Source: Vulcanimicrobiales bacterium
Lineage (GTDB): Bacteria > Vulcanimicrobiota > Vulcanimicrobiia > Vulcanimicrobiales > Vulcanimicrobiaceae
NCBI GenBank assembly: GCA_038215615.1
Contig: JBBQQR010000008.1
Coordinates: forward strand, 15,946 to 79,945
Reading direction: 5' to 3'
DNA length: 64,000 nucleotides
Of this stretch, positions 1 to 9,896 are shown piece by piece; position 1 is the first letter of the stretch; every line of letters starts with the position of its first letter. The notes below the pieces were generated by a model. It made no database searches. It worked only from the letters and a program-made list of their open reading frames with translations, and was not told the origin of the DNA. Both the position numbers and the translations under genes were made by a program.

Positions 1-1
1 G

Positions 2-391
2 ATGGTGCACAACGGCATCGAGTACGGTTTACTGCAAGCCTACGGCGAGGGATTCGAGATCCTCAAGAAGTCGCAGTTCCCGTTCGATTTGAAGCAACTG
101 GCCGAAATATGGCGCTACGGCAGCGTCATCCGGTCGTGGCTGCTGGACCTGGCCGTGCTTGCATTCCAAGCCGACCCCGATCTGAAAGATATTCGCGGCT
201 GGGTCGACGACACGGGCGAAGGGCGCTGGACGGTGCAAGCTGCGATCGACGAAAACGTGCCGGCGCCCGTGATTACGCTTTCGCTGCTCGCGCGTTTCGC
301 GTCACGTCAAGACGAATCGTATAGCGCCAAAGTGATCGCCGCGCTGCGCAACCAGTTTGGCGGTCACGCGATCAAATCCGAAAAGCCCTGA
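2..391 (+). CDS. gnd: 6-phosphogluconate dehydrogenase (decarboxylating, short type), 5' end outside window
   Basis: MVHNGIEYG, GSVIRSWLL, GEGRWTV and ALRNQFGGH motifs; directly upstream of zwf. Confidence 0.95.
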   Translation: MVHNGIEYGLLQAYGEGFEILKKSQFPFDLKQLAEIWRYGSVIRSWLLDLAVLAFQADPDLKDIRGWVDDTGEGRWTVQAAIDENVPAPVITLSLLARFASRQDESYSAKVIAALRNQFGGHAIKSEKP

Positions 392-1950
392 TGGCCAAAA
401 CGATGGCCACCAAGACCGCCGGGGTGGCGCACGCGGCCCCCAACCCGTTACGCGAAGGTATCGAAAGCAATCGCGTACCGGATCCGTGCACGATCGTTTT
501 CTTCGGCGCCAGCGGCGACCTATTCAAGCGCATGCTGATCCCGGCGATTTACAGTTTGCGCGCGGACGACATCCTGCCGATCAACTTCGGGCTCATCGGA
601 TTCGCGCGCACGCCATATACCGACGAACAGTTTCGCGACTACTGTAAACAGGCGGCGCAGCAAGATTTGGGTCAAGACGCGATCAAAGAGCCGCTCTGGG
701 ACGACCTGGCGAAACGCATCAGCTACATCACCGCCGATTTTGACGACACCTCGCACTTCGAAGCGCTTAAAACGCGGCTTGACGAGTACGAGAAACAGTT
801 TGGAGCCGGAAAAAACCGCCTCTTCTATCTGGCGACTCCGCCACCGGTTTTTCCGAAAATCATCGATCAGTTGAAAAAAGCCGGATTGGATCCGGCGGCC
901 AACCCCGACGGCTGGACGCGCATCATCGTCGAGAAACCCTTCGGGACCGATCTCGCGTCGGCGCGGGCCTTGCAAACGGAAGTTGAGAAGGTTTTCACGG
1001 AGCGTCAGGTCTACCGCATCGACCATTATCTAGGCAAAGAGACGGTCCAAGACATCATGGCGCTGCGTTTCGCCAACACGATTTTCGAGCCGATTTGGAG
1101 CCGCAATTATATCCAGTCGGTGCAGATCACTTCGGCGGAAACCCTCGGCGTGGAGGCTCGCGGGGCGTACTACGACAACGCGGGCGCTCTGCGCGATATG
1201 ATTCAGAACCATGTCCTCAACTTGTTGGCGCTCGTCGCAATGGAGCCGCCGGCGAGTTCCGACGCCGATGCAATCCGCAACGAAAAGTACAAAGTTTTTT
1301 CGGCGATCGAGCCACCGGCTCACGAACGAGTCTTCGACATGTCCGTCCGCGGCCAGTATGGGCCGGGCACGATCGGCCGCGAAAAAGTCGCCGGCTACCG
1401 GTCGGAACCCGACGTCAGCCCGACGTCGAATACCGAGACATATGCGGCCGTGAAGCTCTATATCAACAGCTGGCGCTGGGCGGGGGTTCCGTTTTTTCTG
1501 CGCAGCGGGAAGCGGCTGGCGCGCAAAGTTTCCGAAATCGCTATCACCTTCAATCCGATTCCGCACCGTCTTTTTGGCGAGAAAAGCGATACGATCGAAC
1601 AAAACGTCTTGGTGATCAAAATCCAACCCGACGAAGGCGTCTCGATCCGTTTCAACGCCAAAGTCCCCGGACCAAAAAATCACATTCGCGGCGTCACAAT
1701 GGACTTTAACTACGGCACGGGATTCGGCGTCCAGTCAGCGCCCGCGTACGAACGACTGCTCTCCGATGCGATGCGCGGCGACGCGACCCTCTTCACGCGC
1801 TGGGATGCGGTCCAGCGCGCCTGGGAAATCGTCATGCCGATTCTCGACGTCTGGCAATCGATCAAAGACCGCTCGTTCCCCAACTACGCCGCGGGAACCG
1901 AAGGCCCGGAAGCGGCGAACGCGCTCAATTCCGGCTGGCGCACGCTGTGA
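391..1950 (+). CDS. zwf: Glucose-6-phosphate 1-dehydrogenase
   Basis: GASGDL, EKPFG, YRIDHYLGKETV and RDMIQNH motifs. Confidence 0.98.
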   Translation: MAKTMATKTAGVAHAAPNPLREGIESNRVPDPCTIVFFGASGDLFKRMLIPAIYSLRADDILPINFGLIGFARTPYTDEQFRDYCKQAAQQDLGQDAIKEPLWDDLAKRISYITADFDDTSHFEALKTRLDEYEKQFGAGKNRLFYLATPPPVFPKIIDQLKKAGLDPAANPDGWTRIIVEKPFGTDLASARALQTEVEKVFTERQVYRIDHYLGKETVQDIMALRFANTIFEPIWSRNYIQSVQITSAETLGVEARGAYYDNAGALRDMIQNHVLNLLALVAMEPPASSDADAIRNEKYKVFSAIEPPAHERVFDMSVRGQYGPGTIGREKVAGYRSEPDVSPTSNTETYAAVKLYINSWRWAGVPFFLRSGKRLARKVSEIAITFNPIPHRLFGEKSDTIEQNVLVIKIQPDEGVSIRFNAKVPGPKNHIRGVTMDFNYGTGFGVQSAPAYERLLSDAMRGDATLFTRWDAVQRAWEIVMPILDVWQSIKDRSFPNYAAGTEGPEAANALNSGWRTL

Positions 1951-2843
1951 CGACGGCTACCGCGTCAAGCACGACCGTCAATCTGATCGCATTTGTCGAG
2001 GATCCGGCTACGGTTCCGCGGCTGCGCGACCGCTTTTCTACGTTTGCTGAAAAGCACTCGTGCCGGGCGATCTTTCTGAACGCGACGCGCTCCGGAGACG
2101 GCCCGAATGAGACAGAGCTCGGCGTAGCCAGCATGCCAGCCGACGAGCTCCGCTCGACCGTCCACGATCTTTTGATCGGAGGCGTTGGTTCGGCACTCTT
2201 TTGGGCTGGGCGCACCCTGAACGATCCCCGGTTCGAAGCGCTCGCGTCGCTTGGGACGACGGTCGTCGTCGACAGCTCGCGCGCCGCCGACGGCAAAGCT
2301 TCGCTTCAAAAACTGGCCGAGATCAGCTCCTCCACGGATCGCTTCGTGCGCGATCTCTCGTATCTCCGGCTGCTGCCCTGGCAAGACATGGTCGCACAGT
2401 TTTTTGACGACGCCGAGCTCGCGCAGGAGCTTCCGCGTATTGCCGGCGTCGAAGTCGTCAGCGGTTCGGAGCCCGAGGCCTACTATTTCGCCGGGTGGCT
2501 GGCCAGCCGTCTGCGCTGGAAGCCCTGCGGCCGGAACGAACTCTGCAACGACGCGGGCGACATCATCAAAGTCGAAATAGAACGCCGCGGCGAGCCAAGG
2601 CGCGTACTCAGTGTCGCGTTACGGAGCGAGCAGTGCGCCTTCTCAGCCGTACTCGAGGCAGACGCGGGCGATCTCGTTTGTCTGAGCGTAACCGGAAAGC
2701 CGCAACGGGACAAGCGGTGCGCGCCGCTGCACGACGTCGATTTGGTTTCGCTCGTCGAACAAGCGATGTTCGTTCCCCACAACGATCCGGTCTTTGCCGA
2801 CGCGCTAAAGATGGCGCGCGCCATTCTCGACTCGGAACGGTGA
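1947..2843 (+). CDS. opcA: OpcA-like G6PD assembly/activator protein
   Basis: Between zwf and pgl with overlapping start/stop codons; VVVDS, DLSYLRLLPW and GWLASRLRW motifs. Confidence 0.85.
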   Translation: MTTATASSTTVNLIAFVEDPATVPRLRDRFSTFAEKHSCRAIFLNATRSGDGPNETELGVASMPADELRSTVHDLLIGGVGSALFWAGRTLNDPRFEALASLGTTVVVDSSRAADGKASLQKLAEISSSTDRFVRDLSYLRLLPWQDMVAQFFDDAELAQELPRIAGVEVVSGSEPEAYYFAGWLASRLRWKPCGRNELCNDAGDIIKVEIERRGEPRRVLSVALRSEQCAFSAVLEADAGDLVCLSVTGKPQRDKRCAPLHDVDLVSLVEQAMFVPHNDPVFADALKMARAILDSER

Positions 2844-3577
2844 CGGCACCCCAGCGGGGCGAACTCCGAGTTTTTGATACGCCCCAAGCCGTCGCCGAGG
2901 CCCTCGTGGAGCTTTTTCTTGAACAGGTGCGTACGGCGATCGAAACACGCGGTTTGTTTTATGTCGCTTTGGCAGGCGGGCGTACGCCGCAATCTGCGTA
3001 TTCCTTGCTTGCCGGAACGCAACGGCGCGACGCGATCGACTGGCCGCACGTGTTTATCTATTTCGGGGACGAACGGTGCGTGCCGCCCGAGAGCGATGAA
3101 TCGAACTACAAGATGGCGTTCGATTCATTTCTTTCGCACGTTCCGGTGCCACCGCAAAACGTTCACCGCATGCACGGCGAGGACGAACCCGGTCGGGCGG
3201 CGCGCGCTTACTCGCAGGTGCTTGTCGAGACGATGGGCGAGCTGCCACGTTTCGATCTGATGCTCTTAGGGATGGGCGACGACGGACATACGGCCTCGCT
3301 CTTTCCGGGAACAGAGCCGAGGGCCGATGAGGATAAGCTCGTGCGTGCCGTTCTCGCCGAAACGCGCGACCCTCAGCGCCTAACGATGACGCCCCTCGTC
3401 ATCAATAACTCAAGGCATGTCATTATCGCAGCTGAAGGCGTGGGCAAAGCGTCAACCCTGCGAGCCGTGCGCGAAGGACCTTACGATCCGGTCAAGTATC
3501 CCGTGCAGATCGTTTTGCCCGTCGACGGCACTTTAACATGGCTAGCGGACAAAGCCGCCGCCGGCCTAGCGGGTTAG
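2840..3577 (+). CDS. pgl: 6-phosphogluconolactonase
   Basis: LAGGRTP, FGDERCVPP, SNY and GMGDDGHTASLFP motifs; GTG at 2840 overlaps the opcA stop (ORF-track start 2495 is too long). Confidence 0.95.
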   Translation: MTAPQRGELRVFDTPQAVAEALVELFLEQVRTAIETRGLFYVALAGGRTPQSAYSLLAGTQRRDAIDWPHVFIYFGDERCVPPESDESNYKMAFDSFLSHVPVPPQNVHRMHGEDEPGRAARAYSQVLVETMGELPRFDLMLLGMGDDGHTASLFPGTEPRADEDKLVRAVLAETRDPQRLTMTPLVINNSRHVIIAAEGVGKASTLRAVREGPYDPVKYPVQIVLPVDGTLTWLADKAAAGLAG

Positions 3578-5275
3578 AATCGTTCCGGTCGCGCGCTGAA
3601 TTTCAACGACCGCTTTATTGAGGTCGGTCTGCGCCTGTAATTCAAGACCGCGATTATTGGCGACCGCGATTTCTCGCTGCAGCACGAGGTATGTCGTGGA
3701 CTCTCCGGCGCGAAAGCGACGCTGTTCGCTGGCAAGCACGGCTTCGGATGCTTGACGCGCTGCGCGTGCCGCGCCTAAGCGAGCAAGGGCGCTTTGATAG
3801 GCCTGAAGAGCATTGCGCACTTCGACCGTCACGCGCTGGATCGTGGATGCCTCTTGCAGCTGCGTGATCGTCTCTTGCTCTTGCGCGATCGCTAGGTTTG
3901 CTTTGGCGGTGTGATCGCCGACGGGAAACGAAACCAGCAGCCCTGCCGTGTAAACCGGAAACCTGCTGCCCAACAGATTGCGGATCGACTGGGCGAGTCC
4001 GCCGGAAAGATACGAAGGCACTGGGGTATTCGAACTCGGGATCGGCGCGATGCGCTGGTTCACGGGCAGCGTGGGGTTGACTGCGGCAATCAGCGCGTTT
4101 ATTGCACTCAGCTGCTGTGCGCTGCTCGCCGCAAACGGACTGTTGGCCGGATTGGTTGGAATGCCGGCAAACCCGTTGCTCGCATAGCCGGCTTGCAAAT
4201 CCACTTGGGGTTTCGTTTGATTCTGCGCGTAACGAAGATTGACGTCGGCCGCCGCGCGCGCCTGGCGCAACTGCTCGATCTCGGGACGGTTGCGGAGCGC
4301 CGTCAAAACCAATTCAGTAAGCGACGGCTCTTGCGGTAACTGCAAGACTTGGCCGGTCGGAACCAGGTTCGCGTTCCAAATCGGATCGGCCGGATTGTCG
4401 CTGAGCAGGCTCTTCAACTGGTTCTGCAGGCCGCCGACACGCGCAAGCGCGCCGTAGATGTTTTCTTGAAACACGGAGATCTGTGTATTGGCCTGCACGA
4501 CGTCTATCGGTGCGGAAACGCCTTGCTGCGCAAGCCTCACGTTGCTATGCTGCTGGGCAACAGTCTCTCGCAGGGCCTGTTCTTGAATCGCAGCATTGCG
4601 CCAAGCGGCGACCAGATCCCAATACACGTTCTCGACTTGAGCCACGGTATCGGCGGTCGCGCTGCGCGCACGCTGCGCGACGCTGCGATCGTTGATTTGC
4701 GCCAGCTGCAAATTGCGCGAGAAGTCGTTCGTGCCGCGGCCGCGCCCCAACGGCTGAGAAAAGTTGACGGAAAACACCGTGGGGTAGGCTGGATCGAACG
4801 CGTTAATCGTGGTGTTGTCGTACGTTTGCCGGCCCGATGCATTGACGCTATACTGCTGGCCTGCGGGAGTCACGCCTTGCGCGCCCGCGCTCACCGAGGT
4901 TGTGCGCTGTATGATCGATCCAAAGTCGGGTCCGGCGAAAAACGCGTTTTGCGGTGCCGCAGTCACATACTGATATTGCGGCTGCAGCATAAAGCGGATG
5001 TCGTATGCGCCCTGCGCCGCCACGATCTGATAGTGTGCGATGCGCCGGTTTGCTTGCGCGATTTCGAGGTCGGGATTTTTCGACAGCGCCATCCCGACGG
5101 CGTCGGGGAGCGATATTCCGACGAATTCCTGCTGCGTCACGCCGATGACGTTAGGCGAAGCGGCTGGCAGGGGCGGCGCCGCGTACCCTGGTGCAACGGT
5201 TGGAATGCGCGGAAGAACCGGAGCGGGCGCAGGCGTCGGGACGGCGGCCACCGCGAGCAGCAGAGCTAGCAGCAC
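3566..5275 (-). CDS. TolC-family outer membrane efflux protein
   Basis: Hydrophobic leader; two OEP-like helical repeats (ALSKNPDL, ALRNRPEI, RFRAGESTTYLVL); follows HlyD gene. Confidence 0.9.
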   Translation of the reverse strand: MLLALLLAVAAVPTPAPAPVLPRIPTVAPGYAAPPLPAASPNVIGVTQQEFVGISLPDAVGMALSKNPDLEIAQANRRIAHYQIVAAQGAYDIRFMLQPQYQYVTAAPQNAFFAGPDFGSIIQRTTSVSAGAQGVTPAGQQYSVNASGRQTYDNTTINAFDPAYPTVFSVNFSQPLGRGRGTNDFSRNLQLAQINDRSVAQRARSATADTVAQVENVYWDLVAAWRNAAIQEQALRETVAQQHSNVRLAQQGVSAPIDVVQANTQISVFQENIYGALARVGGLQNQLKSLLSDNPADPIWNANLVPTGQVLQLPQEPSLTELVLTALRNRPEIEQLRQARAAADVNLRYAQNQTKPQVDLQAGYASNGFAGIPTNPANSPFAASSAQQLSAINALIAAVNPTLPVNQRIAPIPSSNTPVPSYLSGGLAQSIRNLLGSRFPVYTAGLLVSFPVGDHTAKANLAIAQEQETITQLQEASTIQRVTVEVRNALQAYQSALARLGAARAARQASEAVLASEQRRFRAGESTTYLVLQREIAVANNRGLELQAQTDLNKAVVEIQRATGTILTR

Positions 5276-6517
5276 TTAGTGGACCGCAACCGCGGCTTCG
5301 ACCGACATGCCAGGGCGCATCGGATACTTTTGCGGATCGGCGTCGTCGATCGATATCTTGACCGGAATGCGCTGCGTTACTTTCACGAAGTTGCCCGTAG
5401 AATTTTGCGAGGGCACCAATGCGTACGTGTTCTGCGAAGCGGGGTTAATGGCGATGACGCGGCCGTGGAACGTCACGCCTTTGTAAGCGTCGACGTGTAG
5501 GTCTACAGGTTGTCCCGGATGCATATCCCCGACTTGCGTTTCTTTATAGTTCGCCGTGACGAAAACACGATCCGGAATGAGCGTCAAGAGCGGCATTCCC
5601 GCGCTGACGGTTTGTCCAACCGCGACGTGTTTCTCACCGACATATCCGTCGATCGGCGAGGAGATGCGCGTGTTCGTGAGATTTTGCAGCGCAATCGACA
5701 CCGCGGCCTGCGCCGCAGCAACCGATGCCGGACTCTGCACCGCCGAAAGCTTTCCCTGCGCCGTTTGGACACCGCCCTGGGCGGCGCCGACGCCGGCCTG
5801 CGCCGAACTGATGCGTTGCTGCGCGGCATTCACATTCGCGATGGCAACGTTGACGTTATCTTGCGTGGCCGCATATTGTGATTGCGCAGCGGCCAACGCA
5901 GCGCGTGCCGCGTCGAGTTGCTGGCGGGGAAGATCGCCGCTGTTGACGAGCGAGAGCGTGCGCGAATAGTCGGCGCGCGCGCGAGCGAGACCCTGTGCGG
6001 CGCCCGGCAGCGCGGCCTGCGCAGCCTGCACTTGCGCCTGGGCCGCCGAAACGCCGGCCTCCGCCAGCGGAACTTGCGCCGCTGCGCCCTGGACCTCGGC
6101 TTGGGCTTGATTCACGGCGCCCGAGCCTTGCTCCACGCCGGCTACCCGGTTTTGCATCGCCAGTTCCAAATTGGCGCGCGCTTGATCGAGCGCGGCGCGC
6201 TCGGATGCGCTATCCAGCACGACGAGCAGCTGTCCTTTGCGGGTGCGCTGATCGGTGTCTAGCACAATTTTGTCCACGCGTTCGCTGATCTTGCTCGTGA
6301 TACTGACCGTATTTGCATCTATCCGCGCATCGTCGGTGGACTGATGCACTCGAGCGTAGCTGTACCAGCGCAACCCGAACACGACGATCAGAATCGCAAT
6401 GGCGACGCCCGCCGCAATAAAGAATGGCCGTAGATTCCTTTTCGATGCGGTGACTTCGACGCTCTCTTCAACCGGAACGTCACCGCGTGTCACGGGAGCC
6501 TGCTCGCGAGTCTCCAC
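5276..6517 (-). CDS. HlyD/EmrA-family membrane fusion protein
   Basis: Single N-terminal TM, STDDA, ANYKETQ and NSTGNFVKVTQRIPVKI (EmrA-type signature). Confidence 0.92.
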   Translation of the reverse strand: METREQAPVTRGDVPVEESVEVTASKRNLRPFFIAAGVAIAILIVVFGLRWYSYARVHQSTDDARIDANTVSITSKISERVDKIVLDTDQRTRKGQLLVVLDSASERAALDQARANLELAMQNRVAGVEQGSGAVNQAQAEVQGAAAQVPLAEAGVSAAQAQVQAAQAALPGAAQGLARARADYSRTLSLVNSGDLPRQQLDAARAALAAAQSQYAATQDNVNVAIANVNAAQQRISSAQAGVGAAQGGVQTAQGKLSAVQSPASVAAAQAAVSIALQNLTNTRISSPIDGYVGEKHVAVGQTVSAGMPLLTLIPDRVFVTANYKETQVGDMHPGQPVDLHVDAYKGVTFHGRVIAINPASQNTYALVPSQNSTGNFVKVTQRIPVKISIDDADPQKYPMRPGMSVEAAVAVH

Positions 6518-7119
6518 TAACCCTTCCTTGCCCCGTTCAGGAAGAGATCTACCTGAAATTCGACTACCTGATCGGGCTCGGTGGCATACTCTTCGGGAAA
6601 ACGCTTGCGCCCCATGACGTACGAGAAAACCATGCCCATAAAGAACCGCGCTAAGAACAAAGGTTTCCCGTAGAGTTCGCCCTTGGCAATGCGTTTGGCC
6701 ATGTAATCGGCCACGATCTTCTTGATGGCCGTCGGCGTACGCCAGGCCGCTTCACCCACGCTGCCGTCGCCGTCTTCTTCCGCCAGCGACATGACGATCA
6801 GGTCGCGAACGCTTTCCATGCGCTGCATCAGCGCCGAAGCGATGCGCCGCAGGTCGCGTTCGAGATCCCCGTCGAGGCTCGCAAGCAATTCTTCGAGCTC
6901 GACCGTCCGGCAATAATGCTCGACACACGCTTCGACGAGCGCGTCTTTGCTGCCGAAGTGCCGGAAGAGCGTGGCCTCGTTCACGCCGGCCCGATCGGCA
7001 ATCTCGCGGGTGGTCGTTCCTCGCCGGCCTTTTGCCGCCAGCAAACTCCTCGTAGCCGCCAATAACCGCAGACGGGTTTCCCCCGGCATCCGGTTTGTTT
7101 GCAGCTGCGGTATCGCCAC
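6517..7119 (-). CDS. TetR/AcrR-family transcriptional regulator
   Basis: N-terminal HTH TTTREIADRAGVNEATLFRHFGSK. Confidence 0.93.
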   Translation of the reverse strand: MAIPQLQTNRMPGETRLRLLAATRSLLAAKGRRGTTTREIADRAGVNEATLFRHFGSKDALVEACVEHYCRTVELEELLASLDGDLERDLRRIASALMQRMESVRDLIVMSLAEEDGDGSVGEAAWRTPTAIKKIVADYMAKRIAKGELYGKPLFLARFFMGMVFSYVMGRKRFPEEYATEPDQVVEFQVDLFLNGARKG

Positions 7120-7794
7120 TTAGTTCTTGCCCGTGAAGACGGAGTCGGCGACAGGAACGTTGGTCTTATACGGATCGAACGACGACTCTGCGACCGCGCG
7201 CACGCGGTAGTGTACGTCGACGTGCTGTGACGCCACGACGCTGAAGCCCGATTCGTTCCGGTAAGACTGCGTCATAGAAATCGAACCGCCGTTCGTATAA
7301 TGCCATTCCATGCGCGCGACCTGATAGGTCGACGGATCGACGTACGCAACAGTATCCTTAATCTGGTCGCTGTAAATTTTCTTAGTCATGATCAGCACGA
7401 GATACTGGTGGCCGGCAACGTTCTGAACGCCGCGGAACGCGATATTCGAATCTGCTATCCAGCCGTTCGGATCGGCGATGTCGGCAAAGAGCTTGTTAAA
7501 GCCCTTTGCGTACGACGGCGCGTTGGTGAAAACGACCTCATACTTTCCGGGACGTTTGTAATACGCGTTACCGTCGAGACGCGGCGACAGGAACGGAAAG
7601 CTCGTCATCCGCACCTGTACGTGAATCCCGGTTTGGAAAGAGTGAAGCGACGGATTGCGCGCGTTGATCCGCTTGATAACCTCGGCTGCGGTACGCGGCG
7701 CCGTGGAACTCTGCGCAAATGCCGGCACTGCGGTTATAGCCCCGGCAAGCAAGAAAGCGGCAGGGCGCTTGAAGGTCAGAATGCTCATCGTCAT
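7120..7794 (-). CDS. Secreted LolA-like (outer-membrane lipoprotein-sorting fold) protein
   Basis: Signal peptide ending AFA; YYKRPGKY motif and beta-strand pattern resembling LolA-like proteins. Confidence 0.55.
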   Translation of the reverse strand: MTMSILTFKRPAAFLLAGAITAVPAFAQSSTAPRTAAEVIKRINARNPSLHSFQTGIHVQVRMTSFPFLSPRLDGNAYYKRPGKYEVVFTNAPSYAKGFNKLFADIADPNGWIADSNIAFRGVQNVAGHQYLVLIMTKKIYSDQIKDTVAYVDPSTYQVARMEWHYTNGGSISMTQSYRNESGFSVVASQHVDVHYRVRAVAESSFDPYKTNVPVADSVFTGKN

Positions 7795-7810
7795 CTCTCA
7801 GGGGTTTAAG

Positions 7811-7828
7811 TGCAAGTACTTACTTGCA
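7811..7828. promoter_or_regulatory. Palindromic operator, probably bound by the TetR regulator of this operon
   Basis: Perfect AT-rich inverted repeat TGCAAGTA-CT-TACTTGCA, 16 bp upstream of the first gene of the operon. Confidence 0.7.
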
Positions 7829-7897
7829 TAACGCTCATTTGCCCTGCTGGGTTCCAGCCGGGCGGTCCGGGAGGCCCCCACGGGAAAAGAGTGGCCG

Positions 7898-8683
7898 ATG
7901 CTGACCCCCGAGGCGGTCCTGGAAAGCGCGGCGCGCGTTGGATTGTCGCCCGCAGCCTTCGTTATCGCCCGGCTCGACAGGGAGAGCGAACGCATCGCCA
8001 TCGACGCCGGCCATTACTTCTATCCCGCAAGCATGATCAAGACGCCGCTCGCGTTAGCGGCCTTCACGCTCGTGCAAGACGGCGTCATCAACCTCGACGA
8101 GACCTACCCGGTCACGCAAGCGAATATGACGGCCAACGATAAGGACTCGCCGCTGGTCCCGGGCTACACTGCACCATTGCACCAGCTCATCGAACTGATG
8201 CTGACGATCTCCGACAACGTGGCGACGAACGTGCTCTTCGATGCGCTCGGACGCGAGCGCGCGACGCAGATCGTGCAGCAGCACTACGGTCTGGAGAATA
8301 CCGCCTTCTATAGAAAGCTCTCCGGCAGCGAACCGCTCATCGTCGACCCCGGCTGGGACAAGGCGCACCGGAACTCGCACTCCGCCGCCGACGCCGCCCG
8401 CCTCTTCGAACTCATCGCGCGCGATGAAGTTCCATTTGCACGGTTGTTCCGCGGAATCTTAGACCGCCAGCAGTGGAACAATAAATTGCCGGCGGGCCTG
8501 TATCCCGGAGATCGATTCGCGCATAAAACGGGCGACACCGATGAAGTCACCCATGACGGCGGGATTTTGGATACGCAAGAAGGCGCGTCTTACGTCGTAG
8601 TCGTGTATGCCGGCATGCATTCGAACGACGCGAACAACGCGAAGTTCGGTCCCTTTATGAGTTCGATCCGCTCGCTGCTTTAA
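7898..8683 (+). CDS. Class A beta-lactamase-like serine hydrolase, no evident signal peptide
   Basis: SxxK (ASMIK), SDN (ISDN) and KTG (HKTG) motifs. Confidence 0.85.
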   Translation: MLTPEAVLESAARVGLSPAAFVIARLDRESERIAIDAGHYFYPASMIKTPLALAAFTLVQDGVINLDETYPVTQANMTANDKDSPLVPGYTAPLHQLIELMLTISDNVATNVLFDALGRERATQIVQQHYGLENTAFYRKLSGSEPLIVDPGWDKAHRNSHSAADAARLFELIARDEVPFARLFRGILDRQQWNNKLPAGLYPGDRFAHKTGDTDEVTHDGGILDTQEGASYVVVVYAGMHSNDANNAKFGPFMSSIRSLL

Positions 8684-9896
8684 GTGCTCCGCCGACGAAC
8701 GTCTCGCGAACCGCTCCTGGCTGTGCGCGGTAAACAAGCGCGTTGACCAGTGGGGACTCGGGCGCAGCGAGGCGATCAAGATCAACGACAGCGTAATCCG
8801 CAAATGCGCCTACCCGAAAATCGCCCGCGTCGACGCCGAGCGCTTGCGCACCCAGCGACGTAGCGAGCCGGAAGGCGCGTGCCGCATCGAACGCTCCCGC
8901 ATCGCGGCGCGCCAGTTTCTGGAGAAACGAAGCGGCACGCATTTCATCCAGAATCGATGCATTGACGTTGGCGTCTGTTCCCAATCCGACAGGTACTCCG
9001 AGTTCGAGCAAGCCCGCAACGTCGGATATTCCGTCTCCCAAGTACTGGTTGGTCACGGGATTGTGAACCACGGATGCCCGCGCGCTCGCCAGCATCTTCT
9101 TCTCGTCCGCCTCCAAATAAATTGCGTGAACGGCGACTAGCCGTTCGTCCACGACGCCGAGACTCTCGAGCAGGCGCATCGGCGCCATGCCGAATTGTTT
9201 TGCGGTTTGTTCGCCTTCGTATGCAGCTTCGGCAACGTGGATGTGCAGGCGGCAGTTCGCCTCGCGCGCAAACTCGCCGGCCGCGCGGATCATCTCAGGC
9301 GAAGCGGCGTGTACGGAGTGCGGAGCGACGCAAACATTTGCCTCGGGGAAACGCGTCATCAGCTCGCGCGTGCGCGCCGCCGCCATATCGATCGGCTCGC
9401 GAAACGCCGCCGGAGCGGTCGGCGCATCCATCCAGCAGCGCGCCAGCACCAGCCGAATGCCCGTCTCGCGGGCCGCTTGAACGACCGCCTCGGCGTGCGA
9501 GTTGCCGCCCCCGTTGAGGTAGAAAAACTCTGCAACGGTCGTGATACCGCCAGCCAGCATTTCGCGGAATGCCGTCGCAAACGTCCGGCGCACTTCTTCG
9601 GGCGAAAGTCCGGGGACGATCCTATACAGCGCCTCATCGCGCCAGCGCGCAAACGGCAAATCGTCACCGATGCCACGCAGCAGTATCTGATAAGCGTGGC
9701 TGTGACAGTTTATGAAACCAGGGATGAGGGCAACGGCGGCGCCGTGCTCGCGAAAGGCCGCATCCGGAAAACGTTTGCGCAATTCCTCGAACGGCGCGAT
9801 CGCCGCAATGCGTTCGTTTTGAACCGCAAAACAAAAGTTGCTGCGTTCCTCGGCTTTAACGAGCGCCAGATCGGCGCGAACGATGACCGCACTCAC
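8655..9896 (-). CDS. hutF: Metal-dependent amidohydrolase, probably formiminoglutamate deiminase
   Basis: HSHAYQ, GITTVAEFFY, APHS, HIHVAE and GTD motifs; last gene of hut cluster. Confidence 0.7.
   Translation of the reverse strand: MSAVIVRADLALVKAEERSNFCFAVQNERIAAIAPFEELRKRFPDAAFREHGAAVALIPGFINCHSHAYQILLRGIGDDLPFARWRDEALYRIVPGLSPEEVRRTFATAFREMLAGGITTVAEFFYLNGGGNSHAEAVVQAARETGIRLVLARCWMDAPTAPAAFREPIDMAAARTRELMTRFPEANVCVAPHSVHAASPEMIRAAGEFAREANCRLHIHVAEAAYEGEQTAKQFGMAPMRLLESLGVVDERLVAVHAIYLEADEKKMLASARASVVHNPVTNQYLGDGISDVAGLLELGVPVGLGTDANVNASILDEMRAASFLQKLARRDAGAFDAARAFRLATSLGAQALGVDAGDFRVGAFADYAVVDLDRLAAPESPLVNALVYRAQPGAVRETFVGGALKAASGSNS

Noticed and set aside
2495..2839. Long N-terminal extensions in the ORF track for pgl (also anmK to 44527, nagZ to 47206, 31500..32426 and 32209)
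   Set aside because: The extensions overlap neighbouring genes and are Arg-rich noise; downstream starts fit the families better.
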